From Bacteroidales bacterium (GTDB taxonomy: Bacteria > Bacteroidota > Bacteroidia > Bacteroidales > VadinHA17), in NCBI GenBank assembly GCA_038248855.1, contig JBBRXA010000010.1:1315-65314 (forward strand): DNA of 64,000 bases, read 5' to 3'. Shown here in pieces: positions 45,245 to 58,435 of the stretch; within the stretch, counting starts at the first letter, position 1; every line of letters starts with the position of its first letter. The notes below the pieces were generated by a model. That model did not search any database and was not told where the DNA came from. It worked only from the letters and a program-made list of their open reading frames with translations. Made by a program: the position numbers and the translations under genes.

Positions 45245-46342
45245 ATGCATATGAACCGTCTGACTTCTGCTTTATTATTTTTTTCCGGGCTTCTGTCCGT
45301 TGCCGGATGTAAAAATCATTTTTCCGAACTGTCTCTCCGCTTGCCTGTTGACACGGTCGGCTTCGCTCAGTACGGCTGGCAGACCGACAGCCTGCTGGCA
45401 AGAATTGAGAGATTTCAGCCTGCGCAGCTGAAGGAAGCCGGGGCCCTGTTTGCCAGCTCTGCATCTCTGAGGGTTACGATATCACCGCATGACGACTACA
45501 CATATGTTGGTTACCTCTACCCGGCCCTGCTCAGTCACGTCAGGTCCGATGTAGTGATTCTCTTCGGAGTAGGTCACAAGGCCAGGGTGTTCGGAATTGA
45601 AGATAAAATTGTCTTCGGATCCTTCAGTAAATGGAAAAGTCCCCGCGGGACCGTTGAAATCTCGGAACTGCAAAACTCAATAATAGAAAATCTGCCTGAG
45701 GATCAGTTTACTGTACACGACAGTCTGCAGGCGGCAGAACATTCCATGGAAGCCCTTGTGCCTTTCCTGGAATATTACAACGAGGATGTGAAGATCATTC
45801 CCATTATTGTGTCGGCCATGTCTTTTGAACGTATGGAGGCTGTTGCATCATCCCTTTCAGCAGCGATAATGAAGACAATGAAGGAGGCAGACCTTGCCTG
45901 GGGCACAGGGTGGTCAATTGTCATTTCCACCGATGCCGTTCACTACGGCAACGAAGACTGGGGAGGGAAAAACTATGACCGGTTCGGAGTAGATTCGGCA
46001 GGTTATTTTCAGGCTGTTGAATATGAAAAACAGATATTGAGCGGGATGCTCGGGGGTGACCTGACCCCTGAAAAGATAAGGGCATTCAGCAGCTGCACCG
46101 TGTCAGACGATGATTACCGTGAATATAAGTGGACATGGTGCGGAAGATATGCAGTTCCGCTCGGCCTGCTTACCGCTTATGACATCTCTGTAAAGACAGG
46201 TGCCCCTCTCAAGGGAAAGGTTGTCGGATATTCGACAAGCATTGCCAATCAACCCGTGCCGCTGTCCGACCTTGGCATGGGCATCACCGCCCCGGCAAAA
46301 CTGACTCACTGGGTTGGATATGCAGCAGTTGGATATGAATAA
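45245..46342 (+). CDS. Memo-like (AmmeMemoRadiSam system protein B family) lipoprotein
   Basis: Lipobox SVAGC. ISPHDDY and GVGH patterns of the Memo/dioxygenase-class-III fold. Confidence 0.6.
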   Translation: MHMNRLTSALLFFSGLLSVAGCKNHFSELSLRLPVDTVGFAQYGWQTDSLLARIERFQPAQLKEAGALFASSASLRVTISPHDDYTYVGYLYPALLSHVRSDVVILFGVGHKARVFGIEDKIVFGSFSKWKSPRGTVEISELQNSIIENLPEDQFTVHDSLQAAEHSMEALVPFLEYYNEDVKIIPIIVSAMSFERMEAVASSLSAAIMKTMKEADLAWGTGWSIVISTDAVHYGNEDWGGKNYDRFGVDSAGYFQAVEYEKQILSGMLGGDLTPEKIRAFSSCTVSDDDYREYKWTWCGRYAVPLGLLTAYDISVKTGAPLKGKVVGYSTSIANQPVPLSDLGMGITAPAKLTHWVGYAAVGYE

Positions 46343-46362
46343 CAAAACAAAAAAAATAACCG

Positions 46363-47682
46363 GTGCTGAAGAGCAATGAACCTATAGCCATTTTCTGGTT
46401 CCGCCGTGATCTCCGTGCCGAAGATAATGAAGGCCTTGCCCGTGCACTTAAGTCGGGGTACAGGGTACTTCCCCTGTTCATTTTCGACACGGGTATACTT
46501 GACAGGCTGGAAGCGCGGAAAGACCGGCGAATTGAATTCATTGCAGGAGCCCTTGGTGAACTGCAAAAGACTTTTACCGCGGCAGGCAGCTCACTTGCTG
46601 TTTATCACGCCAGCCCTGTTGATGCCTACCGTAAATTACTGACTGAATTTAATGTCAGGGCAGTTTATGCCAATCACGACTATGAACCATATGCTGTCAG
46701 TCGTGACGCCGCGGTTGGCGAACTTCTGAAGGAATCGGCAATTCCTTTCCACACGTTCAAAGACCAGGTGATCTTCGAAAAAAATGAAGTGCTAAAAAGC
46801 GACGGAACTCCCTATACTGTCTTTACCCCCTACGCAAAGGCCTGGAAAAGACTTCTGACAAAAGAACCTGTCACCCCGCATCCGTCACCGGACCTGAGAA
46901 GTAATCTTCTTAAAATAAGTCCTTTGCTCATTCCTTCCGTATCTGACCTGGGTTTCCTGAAGACCGGGTACACTTATTCAGCCCCGGAAATTGACACTGA
47001 CATCATTAAAAACTATCACAACACAAGGAACATTCCCTCGCTTGCCGGTACCAGCAGGCTCGGACCGCATCTGAGGTTCGGGACTGTATGCATAAGGAAG
47101 CTGGTTAGTACGGCCCTCACCCTGAACGAAGTATGGCTCAACGAGCTTATCTGGCGGGAGTTTTTTATGGCCATACTCTGGCACTTTCCTCATGTTGCGG
47201 AAAACTCCTTCAAACGGAAATATGACAGCATCCGATGGCTGAACAATGAAGAGGAGTTCGGCAGGTGGTGCAACGGTATGACAGGGTTTCCAATAGTCGA
47301 CGCCGGCATGAGAGAACTGAATGAGACTGGCTTTATGCATAACAGGGTGAGGATGATCACCGCGGGATTCCTCATCAAGGATCTGCTGATCGACTGGAGG
47401 TGGGGGGAGGCATATTTCGCCTCAAAACTTCTCGACTACGAGCTGTCGTCAAATAATGGTAACTGGCAGTGGGCAGCAGGATGTGGCTGTGATGCAGCTC
47501 CGTATTTCAGGGTCTTTTCGCCAGCTGAACAAACCCGGAAATTTGATCCGGACCTGTCATACATCAAAAAATGGGTGCCCGAATCAGCCTCACCTTCATA
47601 CCCAAAACCTGTTGTGGATCACAGTCTTGCCAGTGTGAGAGCCGTACTGGCATACAGAAATGCCCTTCACCAGAACAACTGA
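46363..47682 (+). CDS. cryptochrome/photolyase family protein (deoxyribodipyrimidine photolyase or Cry-DASH)
   Basis: IFWFRRDLRAEDN, TSRLGPHLRFG, WREFF and GNWQWAAG..DAAPYFRVF motifs. GTG start at 46363. Confidence 0.85.
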   Translation: MLKSNEPIAIFWFRRDLRAEDNEGLARALKSGYRVLPLFIFDTGILDRLEARKDRRIEFIAGALGELQKTFTAAGSSLAVYHASPVDAYRKLLTEFNVRAVYANHDYEPYAVSRDAAVGELLKESAIPFHTFKDQVIFEKNEVLKSDGTPYTVFTPYAKAWKRLLTKEPVTPHPSPDLRSNLLKISPLLIPSVSDLGFLKTGYTYSAPEIDTDIIKNYHNTRNIPSLAGTSRLGPHLRFGTVCIRKLVSTALTLNEVWLNELIWREFFMAILWHFPHVAENSFKRKYDSIRWLNNEEEFGRWCNGMTGFPIVDAGMRELNETGFMHNRVRMITAGFLIKDLLIDWRWGEAYFASKLLDYELSSNNGNWQWAAGCGCDAAPYFRVFSPAEQTRKFDPDLSYIKKWVPESASPSYPKPVVDHSLASVRAVLAYRNALHQNN

Positions 47683-47687
47683 TAATC

Positions 47688-48095
47688 ATGATACTGACAA
47701 GACAGGTAAGATCACTTTTTAATCCTGAGATGTACCAGGGATGGGGAAACACGAGAAAGTACTTTGAAGGCTGGTATTTTAAGGTGGTAAAACTTACCAG
47801 GTTTACAACCTATAACGGTTCAGCACTCCGGAAACTGGCCTTTACTGATTCCGCAGCAGAACTGGAGCTGGAAAACAAATACTACATCCTGAACGTAAGT
47901 GCGCCGCTTGATCAGGCAACCGGACTTGCCGCACCCGTTGCAGGGATGATGAACGGCCGGATTGAAGAAAGCATGACGTCAGTAATTACAGTCACCCTTA
48001 TCGACAAAAAAACAGGAAAGACAATTTTCAGCGGAGAAGGCCGAAATGCAAGCATCGAAAGATCAGGAGACACCTCAGTTCTGATTCCCCGCTGA
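47688..48095 (+). pseudogene. tocopherol-cyclase-family remnant (N- and C-terminal pieces fused in frame)
   Basis: 135 aa from ATG 47688. FNPEMYQGWGNTRKYFEGWYFKV is the typical start of bacterial tocopherol-cyclase-like proteins (about 320 aa, from memory). Most of the body is missing. Confidence 0.35.
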
Positions 48096-48155
48096 CACCG
48101 CGGACGGCCTGATTCCTGTTGTTCTAAAACATCTTTGGGAGTACTCTCTTTTGAA

Positions 48156-48163
48156 TATCTTTG
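48156..48163 (+). promoter_or_regulatory. -7 box (TATCTTTG)
   Basis: TAnnTTTG match 38 nt upstream of ATG 48202. Confidence 0.4.
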
Positions 48164-48201
48164 CCTCCTGTTATGAAACCAAATAGCTCCGTAATCCGGT
48201 G

Positions 48202-49482
48202 ATGAAAAAAAATATATACAGTCTGATACTTACTACACTGATACTGGCATTGTCAATAACGGTCGATGCCCAGGAACAAGCCTCCGGCCAGGACACTGTG
48301 AGAAAAAATGCAGCCAAAGTTTTCATCGACTGCCGGAGCTGTGACATGAGCTTCACACGTCAGGAGATACCCTGGGTGAACTATGTCAGGGATGTGAGGG
48401 AAGCTGAGGTTTACGTCCTTGTGACAAGCCAGAGGACCGGTAGCGGTGGCGATATGTACACCTATAAATTCCAGGGAATGAAAAGGTTCGCCGGGATGAA
48501 TGACACACTGTCATTTACCAGCAATCCTGATGAGACCGGACCACAGTTAAGAGAGTTGCGAACCAATCTCCTGAAGGCCGGACTGCTGAGGTATGCTGCC
48601 AAAACCCCGGTAATAAGGGAGATCATGATATCCCATGACAAGGAAATGGAGCAGGAGGAAATAGTCGATAAATGGAATTACTGGGTCTTCGAACTGCAGA
48701 CCAGCCCACGTTTTAACTCTGAAGAATCATACCAGAGAATCCAGCTGAACAACTCCGTCAACATATCCAAAGTCACCCCCGATGTTAAGCTTGAAATTGA
48801 AGCCGACCAGAGCTACAACAGACAGCGCTTCATCGAAGGTGATGATGACACCACATATATAAGAAGCTCAAAAAGCCTTGACAACCTGTACGTTAAGAGC
48901 CTCGGCGAGTACTGGTCAGCCGGGCTCCGGTGGAACATCAGTGCATCGACCTCCCAGAACTACATTTTCAACAATATGTTCATGCCCTCGGTGGAGTATG
49001 ACATTTTTCCCTATTCCGAAGCCACCCACCGGCAGCTCAGGTTTCTTTACAGCGTGGGATACCAGTACAGCCATTACATTGACACCACAATATACAACAA
49101 GACGTCTGAAAACCTCTTCCTGCAGCAGATACGGATTGCCTATCAGATTCAGGAGAAGTGGGGATCGGTAAATCTATCCCTGGTGGGTTCGAGCTACTTT
49201 CATGATGTGTCCAAAAGCCTGGTTCAGCTGAATGCGTCTGTCAGGGTCAGGATCATCAAAGGACTTTCCCTTTCGGTCAACGGCGGAGCAGCATATATCA
49301 ATGACCAGATGAATCTCGCCAAGGGAGAACTCTCTGAAGCCGACAGGCTGCTGAGACTCAAGGAGCAGGCTACCAGTTATAATATCCAGGGAGGACTGAG
49401 CATTACCTACACCTTCGGATCAATATACAATAATGTCGTTAATCCGAGATTCGGCAGCGGCGGTTATGATTATTACGACTGA
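48202..49482 (+). CDS. secreted protein, probable outer-membrane beta-barrel, unknown function
   Basis: Signal peptide (..SITVDAQ). The C-terminal 250 aa have alternating hydrophobic/polar strands rich in Y, S and N. Confidence 0.45.
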   Translation: MKKNIYSLILTTLILALSITVDAQEQASGQDTVRKNAAKVFIDCRSCDMSFTRQEIPWVNYVRDVREAEVYVLVTSQRTGSGGDMYTYKFQGMKRFAGMNDTLSFTSNPDETGPQLRELRTNLLKAGLLRYAAKTPVIREIMISHDKEMEQEEIVDKWNYWVFELQTSPRFNSEESYQRIQLNNSVNISKVTPDVKLEIEADQSYNRQRFIEGDDDTTYIRSSKSLDNLYVKSLGEYWSAGLRWNISASTSQNYIFNNMFMPSVEYDIFPYSEATHRQLRFLYSVGYQYSHYIDTTIYNKTSENLFLQQIRIAYQIQEKWGSVNLSLVGSSYFHDVSKSLVQLNASVRVRIIKGLSLSVNGGAAYINDQMNLAKGELSEADRLLRLKEQATSYNIQGGLSITYTFGSIYNNVVNPRFGSGGYDYYD

Positions 49483-49530
49483 TTTTCAGTCCCCGGATTG
49501 ACTGGATCAGGCGGTCACCGGCATCATGGC

Positions 49531-49620
49531 ATTCTGCAAATCACCTGCATAATGGGCGTCTGCAAGTCATCGGCAAAAAGGGATTCTGCATGGCACCTGC
49601 ATAAAGGGATTCTGCATACA
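49531..49620 (+). promoter_or_regulatory. two 38-nt direct repeats (period 52 nt) with six phased CTGCA cores upstream of purL
   Basis: Repeats are ATTCTGCAaatCACCTGCATAAtGGGcgTCTGCA and ATTCTGCAtggCACCTGCATAAaGGGatTCTGCA. CTGCA cores start at 49534, 49545, 49560, 49586, 49597 and 49612. Confidence 0.5.
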
Positions 49621-49650
49621 AAAAATGGGAAGCAGACACAGGAGATTTAT

Positions 49651-49658
49651 TATCTTTG
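49651..49658 (+). promoter_or_regulatory. -7 box (TATCTTTG)
   Basis: TAnnTTTG match 54 nt upstream of the purL ATG. Confidence 0.4.
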
Positions 49659-49712
49659 CGATTGTAAAGAGCCTACCCTTGATTATATTATAATGCTCTT
49701 TATCAATATATT

Positions 49713-53409
<3,697 letters not shown>

Positions 53410-53417
<8 letters not shown>

Positions 53418-53964
53418 CCTTCGGCTTAAATATCAGTGAATTGATAAGCGTATGCTCATCAATGTTCACTTTGGCTGCGTCTGAAGAGTGCGGTAAAACC
53501 CTGTCGCTGATAACCTGAATCTGGTATTCACCGGCCTCGCTGAAAAAGACCGAACCCATGTGGGAGTCAGCCCTGAACCAGGGAGACCTGACATTTTTAT
53601 CATCTGTTACAATCTCATCACCCACCGGCACTTTTTCAATCCTGGTATCACCTGCCGTGATTGTCACATTATCTGCATACAGCAGGTTGGAAGTATCAGA
53701 TGTAATGCTTGACAACCACACGTCATACCTTCCCGGTTTATCAACTTTAAAACTCCATTCTGCAGTATTGTACTCCGGATTCGAATCAACCTGCATCAGA
53801 TCTGCATTTTCAATCAGCAGCGTAACGCCACCGTCATGGCCTGGTATTCTGTCAATCTTTCCAACGGGCTTTGAGCCGTCGGTTCCCTTATTGTCCTTAC
53901 ACGATACTATTATAAATATGATGACAAGGACAATTCCTCCTGTCTTTCTAAGCAATTCTCTCAT
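53410..53964 (-). CDS. hypothetical lipoprotein
   Basis: The internal start gives MRELLRKTGGIVLVIIFIIVSC (lipobox). The rest looks beta-rich and CBM-like. The 3' end overlaps the purL stop by 8 nt. Confidence 0.4.
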
Positions 53965-54108
53965 TTTTTCGGATGAATTATTAGAAATGAATAACGTCAA
54001 AAACCGTTCCATAGTATTCTGGAAGTCTTTGATGGCTGCAAACAAAATTCAAAAAGGAATGACTCAAACGCCTAACCTGCTCTTTATTCAATCTTTAAAT
54101 AGTAGTTT

Positions 54109-56001
54109 TCAACTGTTGTCAACGCGGTGAAGCACTTTCTTCCTGGTGCTCCTGGCCGTTTTTTTGAACTCCGGCAATGCCTCGGCCACGAGTTCGGCAA
54201 TATCAGTCACCCTTGTTTCCGTTGCCGGACTGAAGGTTTTCCTGCAAAGCGGACAGGCAGTAATGAGTGCGTCAGGAGCACCCGAGGTAAGTATCTTTGC
54301 TGCATCCTTCGCAATCAGCATTCGCTTCTCCGACGCGATGTGCATATTAGCGAGGCTTCCGCCGCAACAGAGAGACATTGACTCTTCCTGACGGGCAGGC
54401 TGTAGATCAGCCACATAGCTGATCACCGCCCTGGGCTCCTCATAGACTCCGGACCCTCTGCCGAGATCGCAGGGGTCATGATAGACAACTTTCTTATGCA
54501 GGTACCCGGGCCTGAGAGACCCCTCTTCTATGAGCAGATTGATGAATTCTGAGTGATGCATTACCGCGGCATCAAGATAATAGCTTTCTTTAAAGACCTT
54601 GTAACATATGGGGCAGGAGGTTACAAGTATCTTTGCACCTGATTTCCAGATTATATCAGAATTGTGATTGATGAGTTCTCTCGCCTCCTTGTCTCTTCCT
54701 GCCAGCATAAGCGGCCTCCCGCAGCATACCCCTCCGGATTCATCCATAAAGTGCCATCTTACTCCGGCGCTCTCCATTATCTTCTTCATAGCCTCTATGA
54801 CAGAGGGTGTAAGATGTGTCATGCACCCGGCGAAGAACAGTATGTCAGCCTTCACGGGGTCCGGCTTCCTAAGGTAACCGTATGAATGAGTTGGTTCTTT
54901 CTCCGCAACAGCCACAGTCTTTTTGAGTGTATACCTGTCAAGGAACTTCAACGGCTCAGCTGACCGTCTTTCCTGACGCCTCTGGATCAGGCGAAGTGGC
55001 CCCAGCTCAATTCCCACCGGGCACACTTCCTCGCAACGGCCGCACATGAGACAGTTCATTGTAATGTCAGTGATGTCCCTGCCGTCACGCAGTCCCTTGA
55101 TGAAGTAGGTAGACTGTATATCGTTTATCCCTGCAGCATAGCTCATCTGGCAGGTGCCGATACAGATGCCGCATGACGAGCATGCATGTACCTGCACTTC
55201 GGCATAAGAGGAAGTCCTGTCTCCTGTTTTGATTCCTGAGTTACGCATAAAGATCAGGAACAGTTCGACGGGTATGTGAAAATAGCGTGAAGCCGGGAGG
55301 AGAAAGAAAAAAGTACCCAGGGAAAGCGAGTAGAGCCACCAGAAATAAGGTGCCGTCTCAGCTGCCGGGAGAAATGATGCGAGTGCAGCGCCTAAATTAC
55401 CTGTCAGGAAACTTCCTGTCCCGTGGGCCCCGCAGGTGAAACTCTCAGCCAGAAGTCTGGAGGGAAATATGAGCCAAAGGCTGATGAGTGCGATGCGGTC
55501 CGTCCAGGTATGCCTGGTACGTTTTTTCATCCCCACGGTCTTCGGAATGAACCGCTTGACAATAGCAATCAGCAATCCCGAAAGGATAAATGCGAGGAGG
55601 AAATCCATCCATATACCGTAGATCTTTGCGAAACCTGCCTCACCGTGTTCAGGATTAAAAAACCGGAAAAAGATGGCTTGGTCCGGCGGGTTAAGGTGCT
55701 TCTCACCGAAGAAGTCAGCCTCTATGGTGCCGAAAACGATAAGCAGGAACCAGCCGAAGGCGAGGCTCATGTGCATATAGCCAAGGACAGGGTTATCCTT
55801 GAAAATCCGTCTGTGAAGCAGGCTCTCGTTGAAAATCTCTTTAATGCTCTCCATAAAGGGTCTTCCGAAGAAACCTCTCTGAAGACGTAGCTTGTCAGGC
55901 CGCGACAGGTCGCGAAACCATATCACGCTCCTGATTACGCTGTAGATCAGGATGAAATACAGCCCCAGGTTGAACGGCAGTAAGAACAGCTCAGAGTTCA
56001 T
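54109..56001 (-). CDS. membrane-anchored Fe-S protein: NarI/DsrM/HdrE-like 5-TM domain fused to an HdrD/DsrK-like module (2x 4Fe-4S plus 2x CCG)
   Basis: The N-terminal 250 aa have ~5 TM segments with conserved His. Ferredoxin motifs CSSCGICIGTCQ and CLMCGRCEEVCPVG. CCG motifs (VCCGRP...CPICYK; LCCGGS...CPLCRK). Confidence 0.75.
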   Translation of the reverse strand: MNSELFLLPFNLGLYFILIYSVIRSVIWFRDLSRPDKLRLQRGFFGRPFMESIKEIFNESLLHRRIFKDNPVLGYMHMSLAFGWFLLIVFGTIEADFFGEKHLNPPDQAIFFRFFNPEHGEAGFAKIYGIWMDFLLAFILSGLLIAIVKRFIPKTVGMKKRTRHTWTDRIALISLWLIFPSRLLAESFTCGAHGTGSFLTGNLGAALASFLPAAETAPYFWWLYSLSLGTFFFLLPASRYFHIPVELFLIFMRNSGIKTGDRTSSYAEVQVHACSSCGICIGTCQMSYAAGINDIQSTYFIKGLRDGRDITDITMNCLMCGRCEEVCPVGIELGPLRLIQRRQERRSAEPLKFLDRYTLKKTVAVAEKEPTHSYGYLRKPDPVKADILFFAGCMTHLTPSVIEAMKKIMESAGVRWHFMDESGGVCCGRPLMLAGRDKEARELINHNSDIIWKSGAKILVTSCPICYKVFKESYYLDAAVMHHSEFINLLIEEGSLRPGYLHKKVVYHDPCDLGRGSGVYEEPRAVISYVADLQPARQEESMSLCCGGSLANMHIASEKRMLIAKDAAKILTSGAPDALITACPLCRKTFSPATETRVTDIAELVAEALPEFKKTARSTRKKVLHRVDNS

Positions 56002-56341
56002 TCCTGTCGTATTTCATTATTGCTTCGGCTGCAAGTGCCGCCACATTGCGGGTATTCACACCGCGCGGACAAATAAGCTGGCATTTACCGCATAGCATGC
56101 ACCGTGATACTTCCTCGCGCAGAGGTGCTATTTCACCGCGCCGGATGAGCGTGGTCATCCTCCTGAGATTGAAAGAGGCGTGCTGTCCCGCGGTGCAGGT
56201 TGCAGTGCACCCCCCACAGGCAAAGCAAAGCCTGAAGCTCGGCTCTCTCTCGGTAATATACTGTCTGACCTTCCTGTCCGAAGTGTCATAGTCTATGAGC
56301 CTGCTCTTGTTTATATGGAACCCGAATCTGTCCATTCTCAA
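55991..56341 (-). CDS. small 2x[4Fe-4S] ferredoxin (HdrC-like)
   Basis: 116 aa with CFACGGCTATC and CMLCGKCQLICPRG. 11-nt overlap with the downstream gene. Confidence 0.7.
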   Translation of the reverse strand: MRMDRFGFHINKSRLIDYDTSDRKVRQYITEREPSFRLCFACGGCTATCTAGQHASFNLRRMTTLIRRGEIAPLREEVSRCMLCGKCQLICPRGVNTRNVAALAAEAIMKYDRNEL

Positions 56342-56345
56342 CGGA

Positions 56346-57377
56346 TCACTTTGAGGAGAGGTATTTCACGGCTTCGACGGCTGCCGCCCTGGCATGGGAA
56401 ATTGTATCGGTGATATTCATCGGGGCAGTGCAGGTGCCGGCATAGAATACGCCCTTCATCCTGCTCATGTTGCTGCCGTAGTGATGATCTGTGCTCTCCA
56501 GAAACCTGTTGATCCCTGTGGCTAAACCCGATGCCTCTGCCAGCTTTGTGCCGGCCTTCGACATTTCCATGCCAGTCATCAGAACGAGAAGGTCGACTTC
56601 CATCTTCAGAGGTCTCCCTGCAAGTGTATCCTCCACTTTCAGAGCCACTCTCTTCTTCATAGTTCCGGAAGCTTCCGAGACCTTTCCCCTGATATAGTTC
56701 ACATTGTATTTCTCCTGTGACTCACGGTAAAGCTCCTCGTAAAACGGACCGAACATGCGCATATCCATATAAAAACAAAACACTTCGCACCCGGGCAGCT
56801 TCTCTCTCACTTCTATAGCCTGCTTAACGGCAGTGACGCAGCACACCTTCGAACAGTGTTCGTTGCATACTTTCTCGTCACGTGAGCCCACACAGTGGAC
56901 AAAACCGATGCGGTCAGGGACCCTGCCGTCAGATGTGAGGAGCCTGTCGTCACTGAACATCTGTTCGAGGTCGGCGGAGGTTATGACATTGTCATAGATT
57001 CCGTAACCGTACTCTTCCTTGCGCCGTGCGTCGAAGAGATCGAAGCCTGTTGCCACAATGACGGCATCGGCTTTCATCGTTGTGCCGCCTGAAATCAAGA
57101 CAGTAAGACCGCCGCCGTACCGCTCGATCTTCTCCACTGAAGTCCCGGCGATGAATCTGATATTTTCGTTTTCGATCCGTTTTTCAAGGTACCCTGTAAC
57201 CTCACCGGCAGGCCTTCTGTCAGGGAAGAGGGCATGCCACTTTGAAACATGTCCGCCCGGATTTCCCTCCTTCTCCAAAATACTGACCGAGTGACCCAAA
57301 TCGGCAAGGACTCCCGCCGCCTCGATCCCCGCGACGCCGCCGCCGGCAATGATTACATGCTTTGACATCACGATCAT
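56346..57377 (-). CDS. short HdrA-like FAD/Fe-S oxidoreductase
   Basis: VIIAGGGVAGIEAA dinucleotide fold. HCVGSRDEKVCNEHCSKVCC is the HdrA [4Fe-4S] signature. At 343 aa it lacks the ferredoxin and insert domains of methanogen HdrA. ATGA overlap with the upstream gene. Confidence 0.8.
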   Translation of the reverse strand: MIVMSKHVIIAGGGVAGIEAAGVLADLGHSVSILEKEGNPGGHVSKWHALFPDRRPAGEVTGYLEKRIENENIRFIAGTSVEKIERYGGGLTVLISGGTTMKADAVIVATGFDLFDARRKEEYGYGIYDNVITSADLEQMFSDDRLLTSDGRVPDRIGFVHCVGSRDEKVCNEHCSKVCCVTAVKQAIEVREKLPGCEVFCFYMDMRMFGPFYEELYRESQEKYNVNYIRGKVSEASGTMKKRVALKVEDTLAGRPLKMEVDLLVLMTGMEMSKAGTKLAEASGLATGINRFLESTDHHYGSNMSRMKGVFYAGTCTAPMNITDTISHARAAAVEAVKYLSSK

Positions 57378-58435
57378 GAATTGATAAGATTGGCAGGTTC
57401 CGGCAACATGCTGCCGTCCTTTGCCAGGAATCTCTTTTCAGGATCGGCCTTGATGCCCATTTTACGCAGCAGGGGGAGAGCCTGAACATTATGGAACTGT
57501 AACCCTGTGATCCATGGATCATAACCAAGGACCAGGGCAGCCATCTCCTCATATGTCAGAACCGGGATGCCTGCATTGTAACCTCCGTATGTCACATCGT
57601 CAATCTCTTTTATGGTATACTGCCACCGGTCCATGAACATAGCGCAACCAGGGCAGTTAGCTACTATCATATCTGGTTTGTAGGGCTCCATTGATTCGAA
57701 TTTCTTGCGCGAAGCCGAAATGGAGTAGCCCCTGTTTGCCTGCACCAGATACTGTCTGAAACCGAAGCCGCAGCAATGGCGTCGCTCTGGATAGTCGATG
57801 ACATCGCCTCCCCATGACTCGATCATCCCTACAAGCACGTGCGGGAATTCCGCTCCGCCGATCCCGTGTTTGGGGAACATTTTGGCATAATGACAGCCTA
57901 TATGCTCCACCACTTTCAAAGGTTTGCCGGTGGTAATATCACAGAGTTGATACTTCGCCTTGCGGGCTATTTCATCCCTGAATTTGTAAATAACATCGCT
58001 TGCATGAGCTATTGATTCCGGTAGGTCAAACTGACGGCCGGTTGCTTTAAACAGGTTCTCCCGGGTTTTTGCCAGCAGCTCCGGAAAATGCTTCCATGTC
58101 TCAAGTATCTCGGTATAAATGCCGAAGGAGGTGACACAGGAGATAGCGATATTCTTGTATCCTGCCTCGGTGGCAAGCGCAAAATGGCGGGCGACAACCG
58201 TGGAAATCGTCTCAAAAGGCACAATGTCACCGTGATAACCTATGCCGGTACAGGTTGTATGTCTTGGGTCCTCGAAAATATCCTTGCCGAGGTCATCGCG
58301 CATGATCTTCAGAAATATCTGCTCAGAGCCGGCAAAGAATGTCTGCCTGATACATGACCTGACATAAAAGAAATGATCATCGGGGATATTCTTCTGGTAT
58401 TCAGCCCAGATCCTCTTTTTACCTTCCAGTTGCAT
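57374..58435 (-). CDS. HdrB-like CCG-domain protein
   Basis: 353 aa. The C-terminal CCG domain is intact (HCCGFG...CPGC). The N-terminal domain is degenerate (TTCTG in place of CCG). Confidence 0.7.
   Translation of the reverse strand: MQLEGKKRIWAEYQKNIPDDHFFYVRSCIRQTFFAGSEQIFLKIMRDDLGKDIFEDPRHTTCTGIGYHGDIVPFETISTVVARHFALATEAGYKNIAISCVTSFGIYTEILETWKHFPELLAKTRENLFKATGRQFDLPESIAHASDVIYKFRDEIARKAKYQLCDITTGKPLKVVEHIGCHYAKMFPKHGIGGAEFPHVLVGMIESWGGDVIDYPERRHCCGFGFRQYLVQANRGYSISASRKKFESMEPYKPDMIVANCPGCAMFMDRWQYTIKEIDDVTYGGYNAGIPVLTYEEMAALVLGYDPWITGLQFHNVQALPLLRKMGIKADPEKRFLAKDGSMLPEPANLINS

Noticed and set aside
45245-46342. AmmeMemoRadiSam three-gene system
   Set aside because: Only the Memo-like (B) component is present. 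No AMMECR1 or radical-SAM partner is adjacent, and this copy is a predicted lipoprotein, so the system is not inferred here.
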